Positions 37,453 to 47,153 of a DNA stretch of 64,000 nucleotides are shown piece by piece. Origin of the DNA: a virus (Duplodnaviria > Caudoviricetes); IMG/VR virus record IMGVR_UViG_3300037461_000711, positions 1-64,000 of that record; one strand, 5' to 3'. The position numbers and the translations under genes were made by a program. The stretch's first letter is position 1; each line of letters opens with the position of its first letter. The notes below the pieces were generated by a model. The model was not told the DNA's origin. It ran no database searches and was given only the letters and a program-made list of their open reading frames with translations.

Positions 37453-37609
37453 AGCTACCTCCCTTGGTTAGTTGTTAGCACTCCATTCAGCCCATGACTT
37501 CCCATCATGGGCTGTAGCAATGCTAACTAAAAGGAAAACATAAATACAACCATGAAAAAGATACAGACAAAAATCAGAATCCCACCGATGATGTCCTTGG
37601 CTTCTTGTG

Positions 37610-37828
37610 TCATGCCGTCCTCACAAAAGAGATTGATTTGTGATTGCCAACGCGGTCGATCCAGTGAACATCGACCGCATCCCCAATTTCGGCCATGTCA
37701 AAGACCGGATCATACGTGACGTGCTTATAGCCCAAGCACTTGACCAGTCCTTTGATGTAAGTGTAGACCTGACCGATTTCAATTTCCCCGAAGATGGCAC
37801 TCCAGAATTTCATGGGTCTGTTTTTCAT
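37610..37828 (-). CDS. hypothetical protein
   Basis: Conserved leader. Confidence 0.65.
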   Translation of the reverse strand: MKNRPMKFWSAIFGEIEIGQVYTYIKGLVKCLGYKHVTYDPVFDMAEIGDAVDVHWIDRVGNHKSISFVRTA

Positions 37829-37899
37829 AGCTACCTCCCTTTGTTAGTGGTTAGCGTTCAAGTCCGTGCTCAAAGTTTCTCTTGAGCACAGGTTCAACA

Positions 37900-38160
37900 C
37901 TAACTTTCCCGGCGTTTGACAAGATAATACTTGCAATCGCACATGATAGCCTGATGTCCACAGATTGGGCATCGCTCGTTATCACAGCCGGGATGATGAG
38001 GCTTGCCGAGTTTTGCTCTACAGTCATGGCAGCGTTCCTGATCGCAGAGGTTAGAAGTGTCCCTTTTGTAAAGCTTTTTGCCTTTGATTTTCTTGGCATG
38101 AGTCCAGATACAACCATCTGAAGTCAACATTTCCTGCTTGCAAAAATCGCAAATTGCCAT
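37900..38160 (-). CDS. Cys/His-rich metal-binding protein
   Basis: Conserved leader; CHDC..GKPHHPGCDNERCPICG. Confidence 0.7.
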   Translation of the reverse strand: MAICDFCKQEMLTSDGCIWTHAKKIKGKKLYKRDTSNLCDQERCHDCRAKLGKPHHPGCDNERCPICGHQAIMCDCKYYLVKRRES

Positions 38161-38325
38161 AGCTACCTCCCTTGGTTGGTGTTTACTGAATCGTTCCATC
38201 TGCTCTGTGCAGGAGGGTCGCGCCATTACCACTTCTCCCTGCACAGGCACATCTAACGATTCATAATGATTACCTCTCTTTCCCAAGAAATTTCTCGTGG
38301 CAGAGCCTTCCAAGAAACTTCTCGA

Positions 38326-39234
38326 TTAGTTCCGCAGATGGTCGAAATGCCTTGCAAGCACAAACGCCATCTGCTCTTCCCGCTCTTTTCTGCCCGATGA
38401 GTCCTTGACTTCGTGGGTGATCCACTGAGTCAAGATGCTATTCATCGTCCAGGCAGAAACAGGTTTGCCGGTGTTGAACATGCTCTCCAGGGTGATGCCG
38501 GTTCCGGTTTCGGGCAAGGCCAAAATCTTTTCGGTCTGCTTTTCCGAAATCGGCAGCGCCTCAAAGATTTCCTCGGCCTGGGCCTTTTCGATCATGAGCT
38601 TGGTCCATGAGCGCCACAGTTCGTGCTCTTCTTCCATGGTCTTGATGCAAGTGTTCAACTGCTTGACCACGGCGTCCATACTCAGACCTTGCCGATGCTT
38701 CCGTTTGAAATGCTGGAGAACCTTGGTCGATACCATGCCGTTTGAACAGCGGAAGACCACTGCCCCGCCCGTCCCGGTCAATTGGGTCTGCGAGTCATAC
38801 GAATTTTTGAATCCGATGAAAGGCTCGATGACGTCCTTGCCGATCTTCAACTTCTTGGCTTCCTTCATCTCGGGGAAGAACGCCCGAACGAATGCCTTGG
38901 CTCCCTGGTCGTACAGGTTCACCTTGAATTCAGGCACTCCCCAATGCGACCAGTTCGAAGTGACTTCCCGCATGAGCATGTGCGTTACCACCTCATGCGG
39001 GACGAGCTTGTAGTGATCGGTCACGAAGTTGGGGAAGACCATGCCCTCATCTCCGTTGTCGATCACGACCGCGTTCCACTTCTCGGCCAAGTGCTCGGCA
39101 CCGTTCCCGATCCAGACCGCATCGAGATAGGCATTGGGCCATTTGACGTCCTTAAATTGGGCGTGCATTTTGGCTTTGATGTCCTCCACGTGAGCGGCAT
39201 CTTCCAGAAGCTTGCTGAGTTCTTCCTGTGTCAT
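38326..39234 (-). CDS. DUF932-family protein
   Basis: VTDHYKLVPH, NSYD, FRCSNGMV, KHR pattern; conserved leader. Confidence 0.75.
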   Translation of the reverse strand: MTQEELSKLLEDAAHVEDIKAKMHAQFKDVKWPNAYLDAVWIGNGAEHLAEKWNAVVIDNGDEGMVFPNFVTDHYKLVPHEVVTHMLMREVTSNWSHWGVPEFKVNLYDQGAKAFVRAFFPEMKEAKKLKIGKDVIEPFIGFKNSYDSQTQLTGTGGAVVFRCSNGMVSTKVLQHFKRKHRQGLSMDAVVKQLNTCIKTMEEEHELWRSWTKLMIEKAQAEEIFEALPISEKQTEKILALPETGTGITLESMFNTGKPVSAWTMNSILTQWITHEVKDSSGRKEREEQMAFVLARHFDHLRN

Positions 39235-39344
39235 AGCTACCTCCCTTGGTTTGGTGTTATGAGGTGGGCAAATCCCCCTCGGTGAAAGCACGAGAATCCA
39301 GAGAAATATTTTCTCGTAAAAATTTTCTCGTGCTTCCAACGAAA

Positions 39345-40046
39345 CTAATTTGCCGATATGCGACTTCTTCCAGAGGCAAGGTTCAAATTGTTTCCATCAG
39401 CATAACCACGTGCAAGCGCAGAATTGTCCCCAACAGAGCGGGGTCGCATCTTCCCAAGCTTGGGGTAAACTTCATTTATTTTTGCTTGCACCAAAGCTTT
39501 AGAAATTACGACCAAATCCCGGCACGTGTTGTCTAAGGCATCGTTCACTTTTTTGTACAAATCCTCAAGACGCTCGTTCACGCGACAAACCATTCCGTAG
39601 GCATAGGCGCGTTGCTTCCTGATGCCTTTGGGGTAGGCTTCCTCGGCCCATGAGCCTATCTCTAATCGCAAACGCGAAAAGAAATAGTCGATCATCTCCA
39701 AATCATCTTTAGAACCGAAGAAACGCAGACTGCTCCGATGATTATGAACGATGATTTTTGAATTGAAGCACCGGGCAATCCCTGAACCGAGGTGAATCTC
39801 CCAATCGGCTTCCTTGTCGAACAAGTCTTCAAAGGTGTCCTTGACCTGATCGGTAGCCTTTTGGGGTTTCGGTTCCTTTGACCGCATCTCCAGCGAACTG
39901 ATTTGCCATTTGAGCATGAGCTTTTCCGCTGCAAACTGTGCAGCATTGCGCTCACCTTCCGTAGCAGCCGGGTCCGCAGCCAATTGCATACACTTCAAAA
40001 TCTTCTCCATGGCTTGCTCTCTTAATACGTGATGAGATGAGTCCAT
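39345..40046 (-). CDS. DUF2786-family protein
   Basis: EKILKCMQLA...EGERNAAQFAAEKLMLKW; leader variant. Confidence 0.75.
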   Translation of the reverse strand: MDSSHHVLREQAMEKILKCMQLAADPAATEGERNAAQFAAEKLMLKWQISSLEMRSKEPKPQKATDQVKDTFEDLFDKEADWEIHLGSGIARCFNSKIIVHNHRSSLRFFGSKDDLEMIDYFFSRLRLEIGSWAEEAYPKGIRKQRAYAYGMVCRVNERLEDLYKKVNDALDNTCRDLVVISKALVQAKINEVYPKLGKMRPRSVGDNSALARGYADGNNLNLASGRSRISAN

Positions 40047-40099
40047 ACTAGCTACCTCCCTTGTTGGTTGTGGGTTTCTCTCAGTAGACCATGGCGGGG

Positions 40100-40221
40100 T
40101 GAACGGCATTCAGTGAGTGAACGACATTCAGTGAATGAGGTAAATTCACTAACTGAATCTGATTCAGTGAATGAACGATATTCACAGAATGAACGATATT
40201 CAGTGAACGAAATTTCATTCA
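40100..40221. repeat. 18-bp-period array of TGAA(T/C)-N3-ATTCA
   Basis: Units at 40100, 40118, 40136 (degenerate), 40154, 40172, 40190, and a degenerate one at 40209. Confidence 0.75.
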
Positions 40222-40358
40222 CTAAATACAATTCATTTTTGCCATAGTCTACTATCACCTTGTTAGCCATTTTATAGGTTTTAACCTATACGTTGGCGCA
40301 CTATCAAGCGAGTCGTGGTCGTGCCGTGATAATGCGCCAGATATAGCTTAAAACTGTT

Positions 40359-40835
40359 TTATGCCGCTTTTTTGTCTACTGCCTTGCTTGACCTTGCGAT
40401 TTTTGCGGCCGGTGTCAGTTGGCCTTGTAGGCTATGGCCTTTCGGCCATACTCGCATGTATATCTGATGATTCTCGAAAACGGCCAAATTTTCAGAAATC
40501 AACCGTGCTTTACATTTCGAGTGTGGGCCGATCGGTTGACCATCAGGTGCAATAATTGCGGCCGCTTGATTCATGGTAAGGGGTTTTTCGCATATTGCAT
40601 TACAGAAAATATCAGTATAACTGCCTTGAGCATAGCCCCAAAAACCCTTGGCTTTCGTCACTTTCGGTTGGGAATTCTTTTTTGCTTTTTTGGCAGTTTG
40701 AACTGCCTCAACGCAAGCTTTGAATTGTGCGTTGAATTTGTTTTTACAGTCAACGCAAGCTTTATGCTCAATAGTGCGTTTACCAGTACCAAAAAGCTTG
40801 CAATCAAAAAGCAAATTGTTTTTGTCGATAGCCAT
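40359..40835 (-). CDS. hypothetical DNA-binding protein, partly similar to the C-terminus of 23633..24802
   Basis: GFWGYAQGSYTDIFCNAICEKPLTM vs PFGFLMGSLTHSFVTMVAKKPCTM. Confidence 0.65.
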   Translation of the reverse strand: MAIDKNNLLFDCKLFGTGKRTIEHKACVDCKNKFNAQFKACVEAVQTAKKAKKNSQPKVTKAKGFWGYAQGSYTDIFCNAICEKPLTMNQAAAIIAPDGQPIGPHSKCKARLISENLAVFENHQIYMRVWPKGHSLQGQLTPAAKIARSSKAVDKKAA

Positions 40836-41017
40836 GTTTTTACCTCTCTTTTAGTGTTAGTTTAAGGTTATTTAGCAAAAATTAACAGAATGCCGAAAAC
40901 AATAGACAATAGCCAAAAAACCAAGTCTACTTTAATCAATAATACCTCTCTTTCGTTATAGGGTTTTTGGGAATTCTTTAGGTAATAGCATGTAATAAAG
41001 ACTAGGCCAACATAAAG

Positions 41018-41317
41018 TTAAATACAGTAAAATGTATTATTACAATCGTGGCCAAAAACTTGTTTAACTCTTGCATTTATAACTTCGTCAACATCAACAT
41101 CAATCTCATTATTCAAGTTCGAAAGTTCACATAAAGTATTGTCTAAAATGCCTTGATTCAATTCAAGTATAGTTGAAATTTCATAAAGTAAATCGTTCGG
41201 TAGATTTTCGGCATTATTAGTTGAATCATTATCAATTAAAATTTGTTGAAGAGTAGACAAGGCAAAAAACATTAAATCACCGGCAAGCTTAACTTTATCG
41301 CTTATAGGTTTTCGCAT
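41018..41317 (-). CDS. low-GC hypothetical protein
   Basis: AGGTGA RBS inside 36-bp direct repeat. Confidence 0.6.
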   Translation of the reverse strand: MRKPISDKVKLAGDLMFFALSTLQQILIDNDSTNNAENLPNDLLYEISTILELNQGILDNTLCELSNLNNEIDVDVDEVINARVKQVFGHDCNNTFYCI

Positions 41318-41345
41318 TTTATCACCTATTTTTAGTTGGGAATTT

Positions 41346-41600
41346 TTATTTGTTTTCGTAATACTTCAAAAATTTTTGAATTTCATTTTTTGAATTATTG
41401 GGCATTAAATTTATATCTGAATTCAAAATCATATCAGCGAAAGTCAACAACATTTCATTCAAATTTGCATTTTTGTTTTTGCCTTCGAGAATGTCAATTA
41501 TTAGGTTTTTGCAAAGCTTAGAATAGTCTGAAATATGGGTAAACATATTATCATATTTTTTCAAAACGTCGTTTAATTCATCTGCTATTGTTTTCGGCAT
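41346..41600 (-). CDS. low-GC hypothetical protein
   Basis: Same 36-bp leader as the previous gene. Confidence 0.6.
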   Translation of the reverse strand: MPKTIADELNDVLKKYDNMFTHISDYSKLCKNLIIDILEGKNKNANLNEMLLTFADMILNSDINLMPNNSKNEIQKFLKYYENK

Positions 41601-41883
41601 TTAATCACCTATTTTTAGTTGGGAATTTTTATTGCCTAGTCTTTATTACATGCTACCACCTAACCATATTTAGTGTCTTTTTAGTATCAAGCGATTAAGG
41701 TTATTTTGAAAAGTAAAATTTACGTTTCAACTCTCGATCATAGCAAATACATTCTATTCTGTGACACAAAAAACAAGCTTTTTTAGTTGGGAATTTTTTA
41801 AATTTAAAATAAGGTTTTTTGCTTGGTTTTTTAGGTAAAAATTTAAGAAAAGTCGAATTCGGCATATTGTAAGCGATAGGCAT

Positions 41884-44111
41884 AAAATCACCTATAAGCT
41901 TGATACTAAATAGACACTAAAAAAAACATAGCCCACTATCAAACCGAAATAAAAGCTTGATAGTGGGCTATTTGGCTAACACCATAAGGTAGGTAGTAGC
42001 TATGATGCCTAGCGAAAATTCCCAAAGTCAATTAAACGGGTTTTTAAACCTAGCCTTATGATGCGGCATATTGCATTGCCTATTGTCACGATTTTACATG
42101 CTCAATTAGGCAATTACCAAACGTACAGAATAGCAGTGCAGTGCTAGGTAACCGTTTGACTTTGGCCTAGGCTATGTAGAATCACTTTTCACCCTGTACC
42201 ACTGAAGCACAAAAAAGCTTTACCGACCTATCGAACTGTTGCCCGTAGGCAACTAGGCAAGTAAATCAAGCTTTAGGTGATCGGCTTTTCGTCGGGAATT
42301 TTTTTCGGCTTTACCATCGGCATTTAGCGGCCAGCTCTCAGATAATCATTGTGCTGGTATTGCTTCGGCTAATTTCTTCGATCAATTAGGCAAGTCAATT
42401 AGAAAAAAACCGCGCCGCATGCCTACTCTATGCCTACTCAAAAGCCCTATGTCAAGCGATAGTTGCGTGTTACGGGTTTTCAAACCGTTTGCCGTTATTG
42501 GCCTATCGACTCAGCCGAAAACATACAATTTCAGCCTTACCTATAGACTATCAAAAAAAAACAGAATGTCAAGAGAAAAAAACATTTTTTTAAAATATTT
42601 ATTTTTATAAAAAAATAAATTTCGGCATGTTTTTTGACTATTTCAAATTTAATGCCAAAAAATCAAAAAAAGCGAAAAACGACGATCTATTTTTTTGAAT
42701 AGTAGGGTATGGCTAAAAAACAAAGTGTCATAAAACGCTTCTAATTGCGTTTAAAACGATTTTTGATTATGGCATGATACTTGCTAACTACATGAATTTA
42801 CAAGCAAATAAATAAATCAAATTAATTTAATGAATTTCATTCAGTGGCATACTCTATGCAATTGGCAGATAACATGCCGAATTAAATAAATCGAATTCAT
42901 ACTATGAATCCTATTCAGTATATGAATCCCCTTCATTAATTAATTCTGATTAAATAAATAATCATGCCAAATAAATTAATTCTCATTCAAAGATTAAACC
43001 AGATTCAAATTCTAAATTAAATTCGTTTTCTAATTTTCATTTATTTTATTTTTCAAATTCAAAAATTAATTCCACCTCATTCTCTAAACGTAATTCAGAA
43101 ATTAATAATAATTCATTTTCTGATTCCACTTCATTTCTTAAATCAGATTCAGATTATTAATAAAAATTATAACTTGATTCCACTTCACAAAATTAATAAG
43201 ATTCACAATCTAAATCTGATTCAGAATATAAATGTGAATTATAATCTGAAAGCAATTTATAAAATAAATCACAGTCAATTTCTAAATTGATCTAAGACAC
43301 TATCTATGGTTCACCTACTAAATACCATTCACTAACTAAATAAACCCCATAAAACAAACGAGATTCAGTCAGTATAGCCAGAGTCAGATACTATATGTGG
43401 GTCATTAATTAAATAGGGTTCTATTTATTGAATGAGAGAAGAGAGAATGAATGAGGTTCATTTAATTAATAGACTTCTATGGGATGACGATACGTTTTAT
43501 TTATATATAAATAATATTTTATGAATGATATTCATTCGTTAGATACCATAGTATATAGTGAATAGCATTCATTAAATAAATAAGACCAATAATATGAATT
43601 ATGTAAACTAATTAAATGAATGATATTCAGTAACCATCAGCCAATTATTGAATATCATTCAGTAAATAAATGAATGTCATTCAATAAATAGCCCCGCCTC
43701 AGTCCATCTCGCAAGGGGGGTCCAGGCATCGCGCAATAGGGCCAACACCACAATTTTTTTTAGCTATAGAAATTTCAAGGTACTCATTATTCTCCTCAGC
43801 CCCCCATCTCACCACAATTTTTTTCTGTCTAAAAATTCTATAGAACCCTTTTGTTTTAATTAACCCCAGGAACCCCCATAAATAGAATCTACCCCTATAC
43901 GTGCCCGAAGCTTAATTTAATTTAATGAGAACCGAATAAAAGGAACCGGACTATAGAAATTAAATCAGGCAGACCCCCCCTCTTTGATCTGGCGTTCTAT
44001 ATAATAAGGTAGGGGTTAGGGTTTCGGAGTGTAAAAATTAATCAGGTTGGTCGAAAAATAATTTTACGATTTTTCTTGATTTTTGATTATTCGTGATTTA
44101 TTCTCTACGAC
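41884..44111. other. long AT-rich non-coding region at the divergence of transcription (candidate terminus/packaging/control region)
   Basis: About 2.2 kb without a credible ORF; A-tracts, palindrome array, GC-rich patch near 43690..43750. Confidence 0.6.
42545..42572 (-). promoter_or_regulatory. possible leftward sigma70 promoter
   Basis: TTGACA-16-TAGTCT. Confidence 0.35.
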
Positions 44112-44408
44112 ATGAAAATCATTTATGGCAAAAACAAATCGCTTATGGCTTCTGTCAACTGGTCGCCGGTTGAGTCGATAATCTACACGAAGGGAGTTCT
44201 CACTGCTTTTACCGGCAAACCCCCCACCTATTTATATTTGAGTTTGGATGCTCTGAAAGTCATTGAGGCTGAATTGTCATGGATTCATGGTGAAACCGTG
44301 ACCAAGTTAGATAAAATTGTTGAAATGAAGGTGATGAAGCTGCCGGAGTGCCAAGGCATCATTATTTTAGCCTATGAAGAATTCGAGATGGAGGTAAAAA
44401 ATGATTAA
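44112..44408 (+). CDS. hypothetical protein
   Basis: First of a coupled rightward ORF series. Confidence 0.55.
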   Translation: MKIIYGKNKSLMASVNWSPVESIIYTKGVLTAFTGKPPTYLYLSLDALKVIEAELSWIHGETVTKLDKIVEMKVMKLPECQGIIILAYEEFEMEVKND

Positions 44409-44673
44409 AGAAAAAGATTTTGATAAGGAGTCGTGTCTTGGTTTTATTTATAGCAACTTCGATCATGTGCTTGAGGAAGAAAAGGTGCCCCTTCTCGAAA
44501 CCTTGGGTTCTTGGGCTGAACACGGGGCTTATAATTTTTATGGTATAATCTGGTTTGAGAACAATAAATATAAGGAGGAAGTGTTTCAATACCAGATGAG
44601 TCAGGGGGTTTTCGAAGCCGATTCGATAGAAGACCTCATTAAAAAGGTTATAGAGATTTTTGGGAGCGAATAA
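44401..44673 (+). CDS. hypothetical protein
   Basis: GGAGG RBS, overlap. Confidence 0.65.
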   Translation: MIKEKDFDKESCLGFIYSNFDHVLEEEKVPLLETLGSWAEHGAYNFYGIIWFENNKYKEEVFQYQMSQGVFEADSIEDLIKKVIEIFGSE

Positions 44674-44694
44674 TAAATAAAGAAAGGTGGTAAA

Positions 44695-45000
44695 ATGGAT
44701 GAGAGAATAAAGAACACGGTGGTTACTGCCCAGAATATTTTGAAAATCAGTTATGAGCAGTGCCCCGATTCTGAAGAAAAAACAACCTACCTTAATTTAA
44801 TGGCTTTGCTGCAATTTATTCTGAAAGTGGAAGTCTCGCCTGAAATAACCCTGATCTTGACGAATTTGGCTGTGCTGGCTGCATGTGATGCAGCAAAAGA
44901 GGTTCGGGCCTTGCGCCAGGTAGTCAATACGGTTTGCGACATGGTACTTAATAGAGAGAAGGAACAATTCAAACAATTTCTTAAAGAAAGGGGGCTGTGA
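44695..45000 (+). CDS. hypothetical protein
   Basis: AAGGTGG RBS. Confidence 0.6.
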   Translation: MDERIKNTVVTAQNILKISYEQCPDSEEKTTYLNLMALLQFILKVEVSPEITLILTNLAVLAACDAAKEVRALRQVVNTVCDMVLNREKEQFKQFLKERGL

Positions 45001-45144
45001 TGTCATTTCATCAAAGATGGGGTCTGGCGTTGATTATCATTTCTGCTGCATCGTTGAACGTGACGGCATGGGTGGTGCTGCCGTTGATATTGGGGTGTGG
45101 GTTGTTTCTATACGAACCCAAGAAAAAATGGTGGATGAGAGACT

Positions 45145-45468
45145 ATGAATAAACTATCGGCAGGGTTTCTTTCGAAGCCAGAAAAAGACAGCTTATTTGA
45201 CGAAATCTTGGCAATGGTCATTGTGGGTTTTTCATTGGTTGGGATGGCCGTGGCGATTTACCTACCTGTGACGTGGTATTTTGCTGATGAGAAGCCAGTA
45301 GCGATTCTGGAAGAAAAGAAAGAAACTGTGACAGAAGAGTTCATGCGGCGGTGGCAGATCATACCAGAACCGCCGGTAATAAAACCGTATGAAGACGAAG
45401 AAAATTCAGATGGCGATAAAACTTGGAAGTTTGACCCCGCAAACAAACCGAAAGAATGGTCGATATAG
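45145..45468 (+). CDS. single-TM membrane protein
   Basis: ILAMVIVGFSLVGMAVAIYL. Confidence 0.6.
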   Translation: MNKLSAGFLSKPEKDSLFDEILAMVIVGFSLVGMAVAIYLPVTWYFADEKPVAILEEKKETVTEEFMRRWQIIPEPPVIKPYEDEENSDGDKTWKFDPANKPKEWSI

Positions 45469-45484
45469 ACTTTAACAGGAGGGA

Positions 45485-45853
45485 GTGATGGTAGACCGAT
45501 ACGATATAGAAAATGACTTTGCCGCTCAAAAAGAATTTGACGCAACACAAGAAGGAAGAATACTTAGTCTGGCCTCGCAAAACGCCGCCCTTGAGCAGCG
45601 CCTCAAGGAGCTGGAGGAAGAAATAGTCCTATTGGAAGGCGAAGTGGAAGCCTATCAGCGATCGGGCGATTTTAAGCTCGACGACGACACGGCCGAGAAT
45701 AAAAGACTCCGCGCCGAGAACGAGCGGCTCCAGACCCGCCTCAAGGAGCAGGCCGAGCAGTACCAGGAGTTGATCGCAAGCCTGCACCGGCAGATAGCAT
45801 TGGCGCAGAAGATGTATCCGTTCCTGCGTGATGAGGGGGGAGGTGCGGAATGA
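45485..45853 (+). CDS. coiled-coil protein
   Basis: GGAGGGAG RBS, heptads; locally high GC. Confidence 0.65.
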   Translation: MMVDRYDIENDFAAQKEFDATQEGRILSLASQNAALEQRLKELEEEIVLLEGEVEAYQRSGDFKLDDDTAENKRLRAENERLQTRLKEQAEQYQELIASLHRQIALAQKMYPFLRDEGGGAE

Positions 45854-46104
45854 AGGAGATATGGCTATGGGTGCAAGAAGTTGGTAATGCCCCCACAGAT
45901 TCAGTGCCACACCCGGCCACGTTTCATGGGTGGTACTACCCCGCCGCCGAAGTTGAGCGGCTGGTGGAGGCGGCTATATTCGCCAAAGTAGGGATTGACA
46001 ACTATATCCACGGCGAATGGGGTCTGAGTACGCTCCAAGAAGCCTATGACAAACTCTCAGCCGCCATCGCAGCGGTGGAGGGGGATGGAAATGACACTGC
46101 CTGA
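45850..46104 (+). CDS. hypothetical protein
   Basis: ATGA overlap. Confidence 0.6.
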   Translation: MKEIWLWVQEVGNAPTDSVPHPATFHGWYYPAAEVERLVEAAIFAKVGIDNYIHGEWGLSTLQEAYDKLSAAIAAVEGDGNDTA

Positions 46105-46333
46105 AAAAGTAACCCTGTCATGTTTAAAAAAGGGTTGCCCACGAAAATTAAAAATACCGAGAACAAATCTTGAATCATACGTTCCTGCGGATACAGTAGA
46201 GATTAAGTCGTTCTGCCCGTGGCATGAGCAGCACGGTCATAAAGACGCTGGTGAGCGGTATTACAACACTGAAGGGATAGAACTCGCAGCGGTGGAGACC
46301 GAAGATGGTTCACAAAATAAAGGAAAATTGTAG
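46091..46333 (+). CDS. hypothetical protein
   Basis: GAGGGG RBS. Confidence 0.5.
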   Translation: MTLPEKVTLSCLKKGCPRKLKIPRTNLESYVPADTVEIKSFCPWHEQHGHKDAGERYYNTEGIELAAVETEDGSQNKGKL

Positions 46334-46487
46334 AACATTCTATTGTGATATATGTGGTAAAAAGATTTTGTTAGATATAGAGGATGAGGAAATTTTAGTT
46401 AGCGGCTTTCTTGTAGTTTGCAACAGTTGCATACCTCAGTCAGAAGTCATATCAGAGGTAGAAAATAGTTGTGTAAAAAAGACTTGA
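46305..46487 (+). CDS. small zinc-ribbon protein
   Basis: CDIC...CNSC. Confidence 0.5.
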   Translation: MVHKIKENCRTFYCDICGKKILLDIEDEEILVSGFLVVCNSCIPQSEVISEVENSCVKKT

Positions 46488-46512
46488 CAAACGATTTTAT
46501 TTTTGTTATCTT
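46484..46512 (+). promoter_or_regulatory. sigma70-type promoter with extended -10
   Basis: TTGACA-17-TATCTT with TGn immediately upstream of the -10. Confidence 0.65.
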
Positions 46513-46534
46513 ATTAGAAAAGGGGGGTGAGATA

Positions 46535-46756
46535 GTGAGTAGACAGTCAAGTGACAGCAGCTACCAGACAAAGCACGAAATTAAATTTATCAACCATCTT
46601 GGCGATCACAGGTCTACGGGCCGTTCTGGACTATCGAAGAAAGAAAACCTCATTCGGTATAGGGACATTCTACAGAATCGCCACGATTGGAACAACGGCC
46701 AGATTGACAAAGATGTGGTGATGAATCACATAGAAAGGCTAATTCAGAAACTATGA
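46535..46756 (+). CDS. hypothetical protein
   Basis: GGGGGGTGA RBS before GTG. Confidence 0.55.
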   Translation: MSRQSSDSSYQTKHEIKFINHLGDHRSTGRSGLSKKENLIRYRDILQNRHDWNNGQIDKDVVMNHIERLIQKL

Positions 46757-46983
46757 AAACCCCAAGTGGTAGATTCTGTTATGTCTGCGGGTGCAAGATA
46801 ACGAAGAAAAACACAGCCGGTTTCACCTCTCGTGGGGAACCGAATTCGCTCTGTAGGAGTTGTGGCAAAGAAGTGTCATACTGCCGCAAGTGGACAAAAG
46901 AGTCGAAACGGGCGATTCAGAAGAAACTGTATAAGATGTTTCGGCAGAGGTTGATACTTGAAAACCTTTTGCGATCCAAGTGA
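46753..46983 (+). CDS. zinc-finger protein
   Basis: CYVC..CRSC; overlap. Confidence 0.55.
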   Translation: MKTPSGRFCYVCGCKITKKNTAGFTSRGEPNSLCRSCGKEVSYCRKWTKESKRAIQKKLYKMFRQRLILENLLRSK

Positions 46984-47152
46984 GCTTTACCGATTGGTGG
47001 AAGAATACTTCAGGTGGTTAGACGTACCCCTTGGTTGGGGGTTTGCCAAAAAGAAACATGAAACAGAAAGGAGGCTTCGGAAATACCTACTCACACACAA
47101 ACCCGGCAAGAGATTGGTTGTTCGGCATAAACCCTTTTCCCGAAAGGTTTGA
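46958..47152 (+). CDS. hypothetical protein with KRLVVRHK
   Basis: Coupled. Confidence 0.5.
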   Translation: MKTFCDPSELYRLVEEYFRWLDVPLGWGFAKKKHETERRLRKYLLTHKPGKRLVVRHKPFSRKV

Positions 47153-47153
47153 A

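Larger units (their letters stand above)
33524..40062 (-). repeat. dispersed leader AAGGGAGGTAGCTATG (10 exact copies, 1 variant)
   Basis: Plus-strand CATAGCTACCTCCCTT at 33524, 34021, 34842, 35890, 36390, 37085, 37450, 37826, 38158, 39232; variant at 40044. Confidence 0.92.

Noticed and set aside
33524-40062. Integron attC array or CRISPR array
   Set aside because: Where present, the GTTAGC...GCTAAC ends are in the opposite order to attC (RYYYAAC...GTTRRRY) and no integrase is seen. The repeats are 16 nt, contain the start codon, and are separated by whole genes rather than 30-40-nt spacers; no cas genes.
42040-42440. Scattered TAGGCAA/GCCTA words
   Set aside because: Short, irregularly spaced and not distinguishable from chance by eye.
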